DNA of 64,000 nt from Octopus sinensis (lineage: Eukaryota): assembly GCF_006345805.1 (NCBI RefSeq), contig NC_043014.1, forward strand, positions 49,042,001 to 49,106,000. The letters run 5' to 3'. Position numbers and translations under genes: made by a program. The notes beneath the pieces are model-generated. The model worked only from the letters and a program-made list of their open reading frames with translations, was not told where the DNA came from and searched no databases. Within the stretch, counting starts at the first letter, position 1. Each line of letters opens with the position of its first letter. Positions 26,666 through 39,584 of the stretch are shown one piece after another.

Positions 26666-27127
26666 ACTAATAATATGCTTTCCAGTACAACATGTTGCAT
26701 GAGCAATGACTATACTGGCACCCCGACTGGTCTGGTGTGGGTAAAGGCGGCGAGCTGGCAGAATCGTTAGCATACCGGGCGAAATGCGTAGCTGTATTTC
26801 GTCTGCTGATACGTTCTGAGTTCAAATTCCGCCGAGGTTGACTTTGTCTTTCATCCTTCCGGGGTCGATAAATTAAGTACCAGTTATGCACTGGGGTCGA
26901 TTTAATTGACTTAATCCATTAATCTGTCCTTGTTTATCCTCTCTGTGTTTAGCCCCTTGTGGGTAGTAAAGAAATAGGTGTGCGTAAAGAGGGTGATTTT
27001 TGGATACTCTCCAAGATGAGAAATAAGCTCCTTCAAAGTACAAATGATCTCAAGAGTATCAGTGGCCATCCAGTAATGTGGACATGTGCACAATGAATTT
27101 TTGTGGTCAAAGGAAGCATGGAAGAAA

Positions 27128-27510
27128 TACGAGGGGGTGCTGAAAAGTTCCTGGCTTTAACCCTTTAGCATTTAAACCGGCCATATCCGGCCAAAAGTAT
27201 TCTGCCTGTTTTATGTTCAAACTGGCCAGATCTGGTCTCTCACACCAACCCTACAATGTCGTTTTAAAAACTAACAGCTACCTCATCAAAATCTCATAGC
27301 TACAAGATAAGGCATGATTAAGTTCAAAACAATGTGGATAAAAAAGCATTAATTTTGGCAGAATAATGCAAACACTAAAGGGTTAAGGGTGTTGCGAAAG
27401 GCCTGGTTGAAGGTCCAGTCTACTGAGTTCTTTTACAGGGTTTAGAAAACTTGAAGGACCACTGCAATAAGTGTGTGAATCTGAGAGGGGAATAACTTGA
27501 ATAAAATCAT
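27128..27510 (+). mobile_element. mariner-derived deletion derivative
   Basis: TA|CGAGGGGGTGCTGAAAAGTT TIR; 27438-27503 encodes GLENLKDHCNKCVNLRGE*LE*, like the mariner transposase C-terminus. Confidence 0.65.
27161..27382. mobile_element. piggyBac-type MITE
   Basis: TTAA|CCCTTTAG ... CTAAAGGG|TTAA; an inverted copy at 31715-31935 also has TTAA flanks; a degraded, SINE-interrupted copy lies at ~1047-1531. Confidence 0.85.
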
Positions 27511-28016
27511 TTCCAGCCAGAGACAAATTCAAAGTTCATATCTTAGCAACAAACTTAAAAGAGAGTCATATTTATGAGTCTTTCTTTTACTCTAACCTTC
27601 CCCTTCACCGCCACTGTCTCTCTGCCTACTATTACTCTCACCCCAACATGAGCAATAGTAGGAGAGTCAATGAATAGTGAGAGAGAAGGGGTCGAAGTGT
27701 GACACACTGACACACAGATTAGTTTTCACATCTATTATATTAGATATATATATATGATTGAAAGGTGCGTGTCTGAGGGATGTATTTATAAGTGCTTAAG
27801 ATGTTATGAGTTTTATCTCATGGTTATTGAACAAGGTCATGATATAGGATTTTTAGTTATTGATAAGCTAATCCCCCTTCCTATCTCTTGTATATTTATA
27901 TGAGAGACAGTTGCGGTGAGGGGGGAAGGTTAGAGTAAAAGATAGACTCATAAGTATGACCCTGTCTTCTAAGTTTGTTGCAAAGATATGAACTTTGAAT
28001 TTATCTCTGGCTGGAA
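27511..28016. mobile_element. Fold-back/MITE with ~112-bp terminal inverted repeats
   Basis: 27511-27622 is the imperfect reverse complement of 27902-28016 (TTCCAGCCAGAGA...TCTCTGGCTGGAA). Confidence 0.8.
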
Positions 28017-28436
28017 GCTCACTCTGTGCTTGTAGTTACACTGTATAAGAGTACATCACTAGTTTGACTCTCACCTTTTATAGAACTCTTGTTGAGGCAA
28101 TGAGGAAGTCTGTGCTTCTTTAGTTGTTTGACCTGCTAGAAATAATAGCCAAATCATCACTCTTTTATATTACAGCTGTAAATTCAAGAGAAAAAATCCA
28201 GTATAAACTGATAACATCATTAAATTTAATGAAATTAATAATTATAGGTGCAGGCATGGCAATGTGGCTAAGACTTTGCGGTTTTCCAACCACGTAGTCT
28301 TGGGTTCAGTTCCACTGCATGACACCTTGGACAAATGGACAAATATCTACTATAGTTCTGGCTTGACCAAAACATTGTGAGTGGATCTGATACATGGAAG
28401 TTGAAAGAGGCCCATCATACATACACACACACACAA

Positions 28437-28471
<35 letters not shown>

Positions 28472-28474
<3 letters not shown>

Positions 28475-28855
28475 CGCAGGAGTGGCTGTGTGGTAAGTAG
28501 CTTGCTTACCAACCACATGGTTCCGGGTTCAGTCCCACTGCGTGGCATCTTGGGCAAGTGTCTTCTGCTGTAGCCCTGGGCCGACCAATGCCTTGTGAGT
28601 GGATTTGGTAGACGGAAACTGGAAGAAGCCTGTCGTGTATATGTATATATATATTTGTGTGTTTGTGTTTGTCCCCCTAGCATTGCTTGACAACCGATGC
28701 TGGTGTGTTTACGTCCCCGTTACTTAGCGGTTCGGCAAAAGAGACCGATAGAATAAGTACTGGACTTACAAAGAATAAGTCCCGGGGTCGATTTGCTCGA
28801 CTAAAGGCGGTGCTCCAGCATGGCCACAGTCAAATGACTGAAACAAGTAAAAGAG
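28472..28855 (+). mobile_element. SINE family A (tRNA head GGCGCAGGAGTGGCTGTGTGGTAAG, CORE-like centre, internal (TA/TG)n, tail GACTGAAACAAGTAAAAGAG)
   Basis: A/B boxes, (C)TTGGGCAAGTG core. Other copies at approximately 5046-5535(+), 6944-7325(-), 8800-9143(-), 17625-17975(-), 18341-18740(-), 20170-20571(-), 25455-25790(-), 36827-37235(-), 37961-38365(-), 41180-41440(+), 51198-51585(-) and 56771-57195(-). Confidence 0.88.
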
Positions 28856-28986
28856 AGAAAAGAAAGAGAGAAAGAGATATATCTAATGTAGGATAAAATT
28901 TTTTTCGAAAAAAATTCTTTTCCCCCCAAAATTTTATCAATGGCCAGCATATTAAAAAATACCTTTAAAGGTTAAATTTATAAACA

Positions 28987-29393
28987 ATTCATAGATAAGG
29001 GCAAACGAAAAAATTCCTAATGCCAAATATGCCGAAAAATTGGACATATTGTCCATTAACCATATAATTTTTTCTCGAATGGGCTGGAGTATTTCTATTT
29101 TGGATATATTTGGGGTACTTAATTGTGCTCATGACTTAGTGTTTGCTTCTCCCATGGGTATGAGTAAGTATCTCATTTATTTCTTTTGCCACATGTATCA
29201 CTGACGAAGGGAGGGCTGTTATAAGCTAACCCTGAAATCGGTCCGATATGGTAATAATGGAATTTTTTAGAAATTTCTGTTCACCTTTTTTCGAGTAGCG
29301 TGCGTATTGTGAAAAAATTATATGGTTAATGGACAATATGTCCAATTTTTCGGCATATTTGGCATTAGAAATTTTTTCGTTTGCCCTTATCTA

Positions 29394-29398
<5 letters not shown>
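28987..29398. mobile_element. Penelope-like terminal fragment: 88-bp inverted repeats enclosing a hammerhead motif
   Basis: 28987-29074 vs 29311-29398, one mismatch; CTGACGA...GAAA core at 29201-29237. Confidence 0.65.
29194..29250 (+). ncRNA. Minimal hammerhead ribozyme motif (imperfect)
   Basis: TGTATCA-CTGACGA-AGGG...CCCT-GAAA-TCGG-TC-CGATATG; A-C mismatch at the base of stem I. Confidence 0.55.
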
Positions 29399-29439
<41 letters not shown>

Positions 29440-29557
29440 GATTCAGGTGAATATGGTACTTAAGTTGAGGCACCAGAATTTAGTATGGTATTATCTATAC
29501 AATTTTCAAAGTAAGGTGATTAAAATCAAAATAAGCAACAAGGATATCCAGAGGTAA

Positions 29558-29644
29558 TGCAGTACGATCGTTTCAAGCAACTCCATTTAATTGAACAATG
29601 CAATCATTACATCAATTTAAAATGCAGAGCAATCTTCAGCTGCA
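29558..29644 (-). ncRNA. Minimal (type I) hammerhead ribozyme motif
   Basis: Minus: TGCAG-CTGAAGA-[long imperfect stem II]-GAAAC-GATC-GTA-CTGCA; 5-bp stem I, palindromic ACGATCGT stem III. Confidence 0.6.
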
Positions 29645-31714
29645 CAAAGACATAGAATTTAATTAAATTAGAACAGATGGACACATTAGTATAATTATGC
29701 ATAAAATCTCCAAGAAGTTAAGGAGATAGACAAAGAACATGCTGTCTGCTGGAGTAAGACATTATATAAGCATTATATTGCTGCTACAATATATAAACAA
29801 CCAGCATCTTTTCTGACACTGATATCGCAAATAACCAACAGGCTTATTAAAAATTAATTATTAGCCACAGAAACAGCATTTATACGAAAAGATAATCTTT
29901 ATAGCCACCTTAACGTGGATGCCAGTTTGGGAGATCCTCTCATGTAGGTATAAGGAGCACTCCGTCGGTTGCGACAATGAGGGTCCCAGCTGATACAATC
30001 AAAGGAACAGCCTGCTCATGAAATTAACGTGTGAGTGGCTGAGCACTCCACAAACACGTGTACCTTTAACGTAGTTCTCGGGGAGATTCAGCGTGACATG
30101 GTGTGTGACAAGGCTGGCCCTTTGAAGTACAGGTACTACTCATTTTTGCCAGCTGAGTGGACTGGAGCAACATGAAATAAAGTGTCTTGTTCAAGGACAC
30201 AACACACCACTGGGAATTGAACTCACGACCTTACAATCATGAGCTGAATGCCCCTAACCACTAAGCCATGCACCTTCACATGTAGGTACTTGGTGTACAA
30301 AAGCACACATATAGATCATAGCAGATGAGGATTGTTTGTCATGGGTGCCAGAACTCCCATGTCCCGTGATTTCATTCTACTGGAGATCATCAGTGGAAGG
30401 CATCTGGTTACTGAATGCTAGTCAAATCTCATTGCCATGATATTTAGAATATCGGTATCTTTTTGGGACACTGATGTTGCAGATAGCCCAGTGTATACAC
30501 ATATGTATATATAGTGTGATCGTTGACGGAGCGGCTAACCGGCTTCCATGCCAGTGGCACATAAAAGGGCACCATTCGAGTGTGATCATTAGCAGCATCG
30601 CTTTACTGGCACTTATGCCCGTGCTAGTAGGGTGCCAAGAGCACCATCCGAGCGTGATCGTTGCCAGAGCAGCCAACTGGCTTCCATGCTGGTGGCACGT
30701 AAAAGGGCATCACTTGAGCGTGATCGTTACCAACGTCACATTACTGGCACCTGTGGCGGTGGCATGTGTAAAAAGATTTGAGCAAGGTCATTGCCAGTAC
30801 TGCCTGACTGGCCCTCTGGTTGGTGGCACATAAAAAGCACCCAGTACACTCTCAGAGTGGTTGGCGTTAGGAAGGGCATCCAGCTGTAGAAACTCTGCCA
30901 GATCAAGTTTGGAGTCTGGTTCGCCAGCCCCAGTCAAAATCGTCCAACCCATGCTAGCATAGAAAGCGGACATTAAACGATGATGATGATGATGATGTGT
31001 GTATATGATGAGATTCCATGCAATTTTTGTCTTGTAATTTCACTCATGTAGCACTGGTTAATCTCGAGGCTACAGTAGAAGACGCTTGCTCAATGTGCTG
31101 AGCTGTGAGTCAGAACCTTTTCCACTCCTTAGTAAAAATGATTGACAAATTTCACAAGTAATTACATTAAACAATTTTGGAATAATTAAAATTTTTGTTA
31201 TTTTACTTCAAAATGCAGCCTCATGTTGTGACCGTGAGAATTATCCATGGAATTGTGGGAAAAGGTGTTTTTTTTTTATGGGCAACTATCATACATTATG
31301 AGTTTGAGGAAAGTTTTGTGAATACCATGTCTTAAATATATAGCTTTGTTAAAACATTAAATTATGTATGAGAATAAAGATTAATGCCATAAAACAACTG
31401 TTTTTCTAAATGTAGGTTGTAAGACTTGTTTGTGAGGGATGGAATACTATCTCTTTGTTTAGCTACCTGTCTGTCTGTCTGTCTATATATCATCATCATC
31501 CTTTGCTTTTCCATGCTGGCATGGGTTGGATGGTTTGACAGGAGCTGCACCAGATTCCATTCCATGGAAGAGCCATGTATTTCTTGTACAGCAAAACACT
31601 TGTTTCTGCCCCTGTATCATGTTTTAACCCAGGGGTTCTCAACCATGTTTTACCTATGGACCCTTTTGATTCCTATTTAACTTGGATGGACCCTCATAGC
31701 CATTTGATGTTTAA

Positions 31715-31935
31715 CCCTTTAGAGTTCAGATTACTCTGTTAAATGTAATACTTTTTTCACTCAAATCGTTTTAAATTAATCATGCATTATCTTACAGCTT
31801 TGAAGTTTCAATGGTTTCATAGTTTATTCATAGAATGTCAATGTAGGTTAGGTGTGAGGGGCTGGATATGGCCAGTTTGAATGTAAAACATGTAGAATAT
31901 CTGGGCCAGATGTGGCCGGTTTAAACACTAAAGGG
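31715..31935. mobile_element. piggyBac-type MITE inserted into a hAT-like MITE
   Basis: TTAA TSD and CCCTTTAG TIRs; host begins CAGGGGTTCTCAACC at ~31630. Confidence 0.8.
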
Positions 31936-32973
31936 TTAAAAAAATTATATTATATTTTTCATAATTAAATATTTCAGAACTTGTATACAATTGTTAAAAT
32001 ATTTAGTGCTTTATGGATGTATAAGGAATTTATTGCACATAAACTTTACTGGTCTGAAGCACAATTTTTTCATGGCTCCTGAAAAATTACTGTGGACCCC
32101 CAATTTACTACATTGCATCTGTGGACTCAAAAAAAATCTTATATAGATGTCCAGGGTCCATACACATTAGCCTCACAACATCTGTCATAAGCTACCTCCA
32201 CCATTACCACATGTCCACTCAGTTGAGGAAGGGTGTTATCTTGTGAGTTACTTGGTGACCTCCCAAATGCCAGTACCCAAAAAAAAAGCATCCAGTATAC
32301 TCAGATCTGTTCAGTTTCGATCACAGAATTTAAAATTATTTTTTAAAACTAAACAGTTTGAAACTTCATATACTGGTGTAATTTCTCACACCAAACATGG
32401 TTTACTTGAACACAGAACATAAAGACGGACAAAATACTACTAAACATTTTGCCCAGCATGCTAACAATTCAGACAGCTTGCTGCTGTAACATAAAAATAA
32501 TATTAATAATAATAATAATATTTTCAAATTTTGGCACAACGCCAGCAATTTTGAGGGAGAGGTCAAGTCAGTTACATCAACCCCAGTGCTCAACTAGTAC
32601 TTATTTTATCGACACCCGAAAGGATGAAAGGCAAAGTTGACTCCAGCTGAATTTGAACTCAGAACATAAAAATGGTTGAAATGCTGCCCGGTGTGCTACC
32701 AATTCTGCCAGCTCACCACCTCAATAATAATAATAATAATAATAATAATTCTTTCTACTAAAGGCACAAGGCCTGAAATTTTGTGGGAGGGGACTAGTTG
32801 ATTACATCAACCCCCGTATTTCACTGGTACTTAATTTATCGACCTTGAAAGGATGAAAGGCAAAGTTGACCTCGGTGGAATTTGAACTCAGAATGTAGCG
32901 ACAGGTGAAATACTGCTAAGCATTTCATCTTGTGTGCTAATGATTCTGCCAGCTCACTGCCTTAATAATAATG

Positions 32974-33009
<36 letters not shown>

Positions 33010-33010
<1 letters not shown>

Positions 33011-33378
33011 CAAGAGCATTCAGAGAGTGCAAACCTCTGTCAAGGCAACACCAATGTCTCTAAACAATTAGCCAGAGATAATTTTTAAAATAAGAATATT
33101 TGAAATAAACTCAACTGCTCTCACAAACGAGAATACTTTAAATGAGCCCAACAGCTCTCAAAAATTAAGTAAAAAAAAAAAAACAGGAAAAATAATCCAA
33201 AATCCTTGTCCGGTTCTGGACTGATCCCAAAATCTAATCAGTTTGTGCCAGTCATGAGGCCAAACATCCCTGAAAGTTTCATCCGAATGCATCCAGCAGT
33301 TCTTGAGATATCTTGTCCATAGACTCCCGAACAAACACAACTGAAAACAATACCTCCAGCTTCGCGAAGACAGAGATA
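33010..33378 (+). mobile_element. Helentron/HINE-like non-autonomous element in an (AAT)n tract
   Basis: AACAAGAG start, AAAGTTTCATCCGAAT internal motif, terminal ACCTCC..CTTCGCGAAG hairpin. Confidence 0.4.
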
Positions 33379-33867
33379 ATAATAATAATAATAATATTGG
33401 TGCCAATCAATAAGGGAGATTATTGACATAATGAACAGTCTTCACTGCACCCCACCACACGCACGTACACATATGCATGCACAAAATAAGCTATGCCATC
33501 GTTAGAAACAATTGTTATTAATGGATTGAGTAAAATCCATTAATTAATTTATTGAATTTTAAATGACAATAGATGTTAATTACATCCTATAATTTAATTC
33601 ACTAATAAGTTGTTTTTGTTGTTCTTATCTGTAAGTCTCAGCTGTTTTCTCTCAAACCTCAACTCTACAAACATACACACACATTCATACTATAGGTATA
33701 TACACAAATATTTGCATAATCTAGATACCCTCCACCCCACTCCTTTGCAAATCTATAATGCTTAGCAAGATAGACATGCACACAGATATGACAAACACAC
33801 ACTTATGTCGACAATAAATATATACTTACGTCCTCACACTTGCACTACAAACACCCATTCACATATA

Positions 33868-34521
33868 TATTTCTTTACCACCCACAAGGGGCTAAACATA
33901 GAGGGGACAGACAAAGGGATTAAGTCGATTACATCGACCCCAGTGCGTGACTGGTACATATTTAATCGACCCCGAAAGGATGAAAGGCAAAGTCGACATT
34001 GGCGGAATTTGAACTCAGAACGTAACGACAGACGAAATACCGCTAAGCATTTCACCCGGCGTGCTAACGTTTCTTATTTCTTTACTGTTCACAAGGAGCT
34101 AAACATAGAGGGGACAAACAAGGACAGACAAAGGGATTAAGTCGATTACATCGACCCCAATGCGTAACTGGTACTTAATTTATCGACCCCGAAAGGATGA
34201 AAGGCAAAGTCGACCTTGGCGGAATTTGAACTCAGAACGTAACGACAGACGAAATACCGCTAAGCATTTCACCCGGCGTGCTAACGTTTCTTATTTCTTT
34301 ACTGTTCACAAGGAGCTAAACATAGAGGGGACAAACAAGGACAGACAAAGGGATTAAGTCGATTACATCGACCCTAGTGCGTAACTGGTACTTATTTAAT
34401 CGACCCGAAAGGATGAAAGGCAAAGTCGACCTTGGCGGAATTTGAACTCAGAACGTAACGACAGACGAAATACTGCTAAGCATTTTACCCGGTGCGCTAA
34501 CGTTTCTGTCAGCTCGCCGCC
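33868..34521 (-). mobile_element. SINE family B tandem trimer
   Basis: Three ~215-bp near-identical units; junction GTAAAGAAATA|AGAAACGTTAGC on minus. Confidence 0.85.
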
Positions 34522-34787
34522 TTTCCCATTCACATATATGCTCAGACACCCATTCACACACATGCCAAGATGCATACACACATACACTCACACATGCTCA
34601 ATTCAGATAAGCATACACACATGCACAACTACACTACAAAGACACACTCACACACACACACATGCACTTACACCCACAAAATACACATCTATGATACACA
34701 CGAACATGTATTTGTGCAGATATAAACTTATGGACATCCACAGTACACATACACATCCACAATGTAGACCTCCATAAGCACACACGT

Positions 34788-35090
34788 GGAGGCACATGGC
34801 CTAGTGGTTAGAGCAGCGGACTCACGGTCGAGGGATCGCGAGTTCGAATCGCAGACGGGGGATGTGTGTGTTTATGAGCGAAACACCTAAGCTCCACGCG
34901 GCTCCAGCAGAAGGTAATGGCAAACTTCTGCTGACTCTTTCGCCACAACTTTCTCTCACTCTTTCCTCCTGCATCTTGCAGCTCACCTGCGACGGACCGG
35001 CGTCCCATCCGGGTGGGGAACCTATGCGCCAAGGAAACCGGGAAACCGGCCCTTATGAGCCAGGCATGGCTCGAGATGGAGCAAACAACA
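34788..35090 (+). mobile_element. SINE family C, tail type 3
   Basis: Same head and body; tail GCGACGGACCGGCGTCCCATCC...GGAAACCGGGAAACCGGCCC...GGCTCGAG. Confidence 0.78.
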
Positions 35091-35319
35091 CACACACACA
35101 CACACATTAATGACTTAGACCTCCTCCTCCTCCCACATACCTGTACCTCACAATTTACTTGGAGCCGATGAAAAAGCATGCATGTATCAGCATTGATCTG
35201 CCAGAAATGACAACCAAACTTCCCTCGAATCACATCCACCATTAAAAAAAAAGAGAGGAAGGAAATATTAGATAATGTATTTCTAGATAATGTAGTTGTA
35301 TTTGTGTTGAAGTGTGTCT

Positions 35320-36125
35320 AGACTAAGTGGATGGGACAGTGTTGTTAGGGTGGTGTTGTAGCTGTGGATGAGACAGTGTTGTTAGGATGGTGTAGCTGTG
35401 TCTGGACTGAGTTGATGAGACGGTGTTGTTATGATGGTGTTGTGCCTGTGTCTATAATGAGTGGATGAGACAGTGTTGTTAGGCTGATGTTGTAGCTGTG
35501 GATGAGACAGTGTTGTTAGGATGGTGTTGTAGTTGTGTCTGAACTGAGTGGATGAAACAGTGTTGTTAGGCTGATGTTGTAGCTGTGGATGAGACAGTGT
35601 TGTTAGGATGGTGTAGCTGTGTCTGGACTGAGTTGATGAGACGGTGTTGTTAGGATGGTGTTGTGCCTGTGTCTATAATGAGTGGATGAGACAGTGTTGT
35701 TAGGCTGATGTTGTAGCTGTGGATGAGACAGTGTTGTTAGGATGGTGTTGTAGTTGTGTCTGAACTGAGTGGATGAAACAGTGTTGTTAGGCTGATGTTG
35801 TAGCTGTGGATGAGATGGTGTTGTAGTTGTGTCTGAACTGAGTGGATGAAACAGTGTTGTTAGGCTGATGTTGTAGCTGTGGATGAGACAGTGTTGTTAG
35901 GATGGTGTAGCTGTGTTTGGACTGAGTGGATGAGACAGTGTTATTAAGCTGGTGTTGTATTTGTGTGAAAGTGTGTCTAGACTGAGTGGATGTGACAGTG
36001 TTGTTAGGATGATGTTGTAGCTGTGGATGAGGCGGTGTTGTTAGGATGGTGTTGTATTTGTGTGGGAAGTGTGTCTAGACTGAGTGGGAGAGATGGTGTT
36101 GTTAAGAGGATATTGTAGTCATGTT
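35320..36125. repeat. GT-rich minisatellite with 221-bp higher-order duplication
   Basis: GTGGATGAGACAGTGTTGTTAGG units; TCTATAATGA recurs at 35451 and 35672. Confidence 0.88.
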
Positions 36126-36154
36126 ATGGGGTGTTGTTTGAGCATGATTGTATA

Positions 36155-36568
36155 GGTGGCGAGCTGGCAGAAACATTAGCACGCCGGGTGAAATGCGTAG
36201 CCGTATTTCATCTGCCATTACGTTCTGAGTTCAAATTCCGCCGAGGTCGACTTTGCCTTTCATCCTTTCGGGGTCGATAAATTAAGTACCAGTTATGCAC
36301 TGGGGTCGATGTAATCGACTTAATCCATTTGTCTGTCCTTGTTTGTCCCCTCTGTGTTTAGCCCCTTGTGGGTAGTAAAGAAATAGGTATTTTGTCTGCC
36401 GCTACATTCTGAGTTCAAATTCCGCCAAGATCGACTTTTCCTTTCATCCTTTCGGGGTCGATAAATTAAGTACCAGTTACGCACTGGGGTCGATGTAATC
36501 GACTTAATCCCTTTGTCTGTCCTTGTTTGTCCCCTTTATGTTTAGCCCCTTATGGGCAATAAAGAAAC
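36155..36568 (+). mobile_element. SINE family B dimer upstream of exon 2
   Basis: Same AGAAATA|GGTATTT junction; GATTGTATA on both sides as TSD. Confidence 0.85.
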
Positions 36569-36706
36569 AGATTGTATATAATGTTGTTTACTTTGAAAGC
36601 TTTGGGAAGGATTAAGGTTGGTTTTGTTGGATTAGTTATTGGAAGATATCCAAGTTGTGTGAAATAAATATTATCTGTGTTTAATAAAACTCCTGTCTCT
36701 TTTTAG

Positions 36707-36799
36707 GTTCGGCTCCAGACAATGCCCAAACCTCTTCCAGGGGAAACTCCAGTCTATAAAGGAACATGGGATTGTGCCACGAAGATAGTAACAAAAGAG
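36707..36799 (+). CDS. SLC25A20: SLC25A20 exon 2
   Basis: tttttag|GTT...GAG|gtaagt; VRLQTMPKPLPGETPVYKGTWDCATKIVTKE (93 nt). Confidence 0.96.
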
Positions 36800-39584
36800 G
36801 TAAGTACTTCATTATATCAATTACACCTTTTACTCTCTTTACTCTTTTACTTGTTTCAGTCATTTGACTGCAGCCATGCTGGAGCACCGCCTTTAATCGA
36901 GCAACTCGACCCCGGAACTTATTCTTTTGTAAGCCCAGTACTTATTCTATCGGTCTCTTTTGCCGAACCGCAAAGTAACGGGGACATAAACACACCAGCA
37001 TCGGTTGTCAAGCAATGCTAGGGGGACAAACACAGACACACAAACACACACACACAAATATATACATATATACGACGGGCTTCTTTCAGTTTCCGTCTAC
37101 CAAATCCACTCACAAGGCTTTGGTCGGCCCGAGGCTATAGTAGAAGGCACTTGCCCAAGATGCCACGCAGTGGGACTGAACCCAGAACCATGTGGCTGGT
37201 AAACAATCTACTTACCACACAGCCACTCCTGCGCCTATTATTTTTGAGGTGTGCCCCTCAAGATTCACCGAGATCAATGGCAACAGATTTTTGTGAAGAT
37301 TTTAGCTGGCTCAGTCTTGTTAGTAAACCAGATGTTCAGTTCTTTCTTCGAACATGACTGATTGCCAAGGAGTGTGAGGACCAGCATCTGAAGAGGGCCT
37401 TTATATTGTGAGCCATTCAGGGAAGGGTACTACCTCTACAGAACCTTTGAGTCACTCTCTCTAAAGCCCCCTTTTCTTGACTTAACATGAGAGTTATAAA
37501 CGAGTGTCACTGTCGTAGAAACAGGTTCCTTTGTTTTCAGTGTTCCATAGAAACATATTCAGCCATGGACAAATATCTTAACTTGGAAACAGGAAAGGAT
37601 TGGCAACAGGATGGACATCCAACTGTAGAAACCTATCTCCACAAATTCTGTTAGATCCATGCAAGCATGGCAAAGTGTATATTATCAGCACCACCTCGAC
37701 TGGCTTCTGTGCCGGTGGCACATAAAAAGCACCAACCGATCGTGGCCGATGCCAGACTCCTCTGGCACCTGTGCAGGTGGCACGTAAAAAGCACCCACTA
37801 CACTCGCGGAGTAGTTGGCGTTAGGAAGGGCATCCAGCTGTAGAAACACTGCCGGATCAGACTGGAGCCTGGAGCAGCCCCTGGCTCCCCAGACCCCGGT
37901 CGAACCGTCCAACCCGTGCTAGCGCGGAAAACGGACGTTAAACGATGATGATGATGATATTCTCTTTTACTCTTATACTTGTTTCAGTCATTTGACTGCG
38001 GCCATGCTGGAGCACCGCCTTTAGTCGAGCAAATCGACCCCGGGACTTATTCTTTGTAAGCCCAGTACTTATTCTATCAGTCTCTGTTGCCGAACCGCTA
38101 AGTGACGGGGACGTAAACACACCAGCATCGGTTGTCAAGCAATGCTAGGGGGACAAATACAGACACCCAAACATATACACACACACATACATATACACAT
38201 ATATATACACATATACGACAGGCTTCTTTCAGTTTCCGTCTACCAAATCCACTCACAAGGCATTGGTCGGCCCGAGGCTATAGCAGAAGATGCCACGCAG
38301 TGGGACTGAACCCAGAACCATGTGGTTGGTAAGGAAGCTACTTACCACACAGCCACTCCTGCGCCTATATGTATATATATATATATATAGTACAAAGTAA
38401 GATAGGGGTTATGAATGTAACCCACTATGGGATATCAATTATCCAATATACTATTGGTAAAGTACCCAAATTATATTTTTATTATTATATTACCTATTGA
38501 TTTATATAATTTTTTGTTTGCTTTTGATGTTCTCATTTGTATAATTAATAATTAATGTAAAATTGTAATATCCATAAGTTGATGAACGAGATGAATTTGT
38601 TTCTCCATTTTCTTATTTGTATTATATATATATATATTTATATATGTGCCCTTTTCGAGTCTAGCCAGGCTCATGGACCCGGTTTCCTGGTTTCTATGGT
38701 ATATGTGTTCCCTACCTACTGGGCGGGATGCCAGTCCATTGCAGTGTTACTCAAGAAACAGGAAGAAAAAGTGAAAAAAAGTTGGGGCGAAAGAGTACAA
38801 CAGTAGACTTTCATTGAGTTTTCTGTTTACCAAATTTCAATCACGAGTGTTTGGTCAACTTGGGGGCTCTGGTAGAAGTTATTTAATGATGGTACCGTTT
38901 AGTGGGATGGAACCTGAAGCCAACATCAACTTCTTAACCACACAGCTTTACCTGTGCTGAAAACAATATAGACCAATGGATAATCGAAGAGTAGATAAAG
39001 TACCTTGTGGTATTTATTTTCTCCCCCTTTTATTGTTTTGTCTTGGACATGACAAATGGTAAAATGGTAGTTCTAGAACACATATAACCAAAACTGGATT
39101 TTGTTCCTTGAATCATCAAGAAATTATTACAACACACACATACACACACACACTTATTCATATTCAAACATACACTGATACACATTCATACACATGTACA
39201 TATGCATGAGTCAAGGACAGTACTTTAACCTGCTAGAAATAACAGTAAAATCTCTCACAAATCTTAGCCTACTGTCTTAAAACACATACACACAAGCACA
39301 CACGATAATGTAGTCCTAGATACACTATGTACCTGTTTGTAGTTCCTTTGAGTAAAGATTTGCTGGATTAAAACTGACCACTCATTAAACTGCGAGAGAA
39401 AAGGACACATTAGACGATGTAGTCCCAGATGCACTATGACAGAATGGTCAAGGATAAAACAGCTTTGCTCATAGGTTTGCTGGATGAAGGTTGAATCCCA
39501 ACATCCTCTCATCTTTTAATAGAAATATTTTAATTATTTTAATTCTTATTTTAAAATCTTTGTTTTTGTTTTTTTTTTCCTTAG

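Noticed and set aside
35320-36125. CRISPR-like periodic repeat (also 19050-19730 and 15860-16055)
   Set aside because: Intervening sequences are themselves repeated rather than unique spacers; eukaryotic context, no cas genes.
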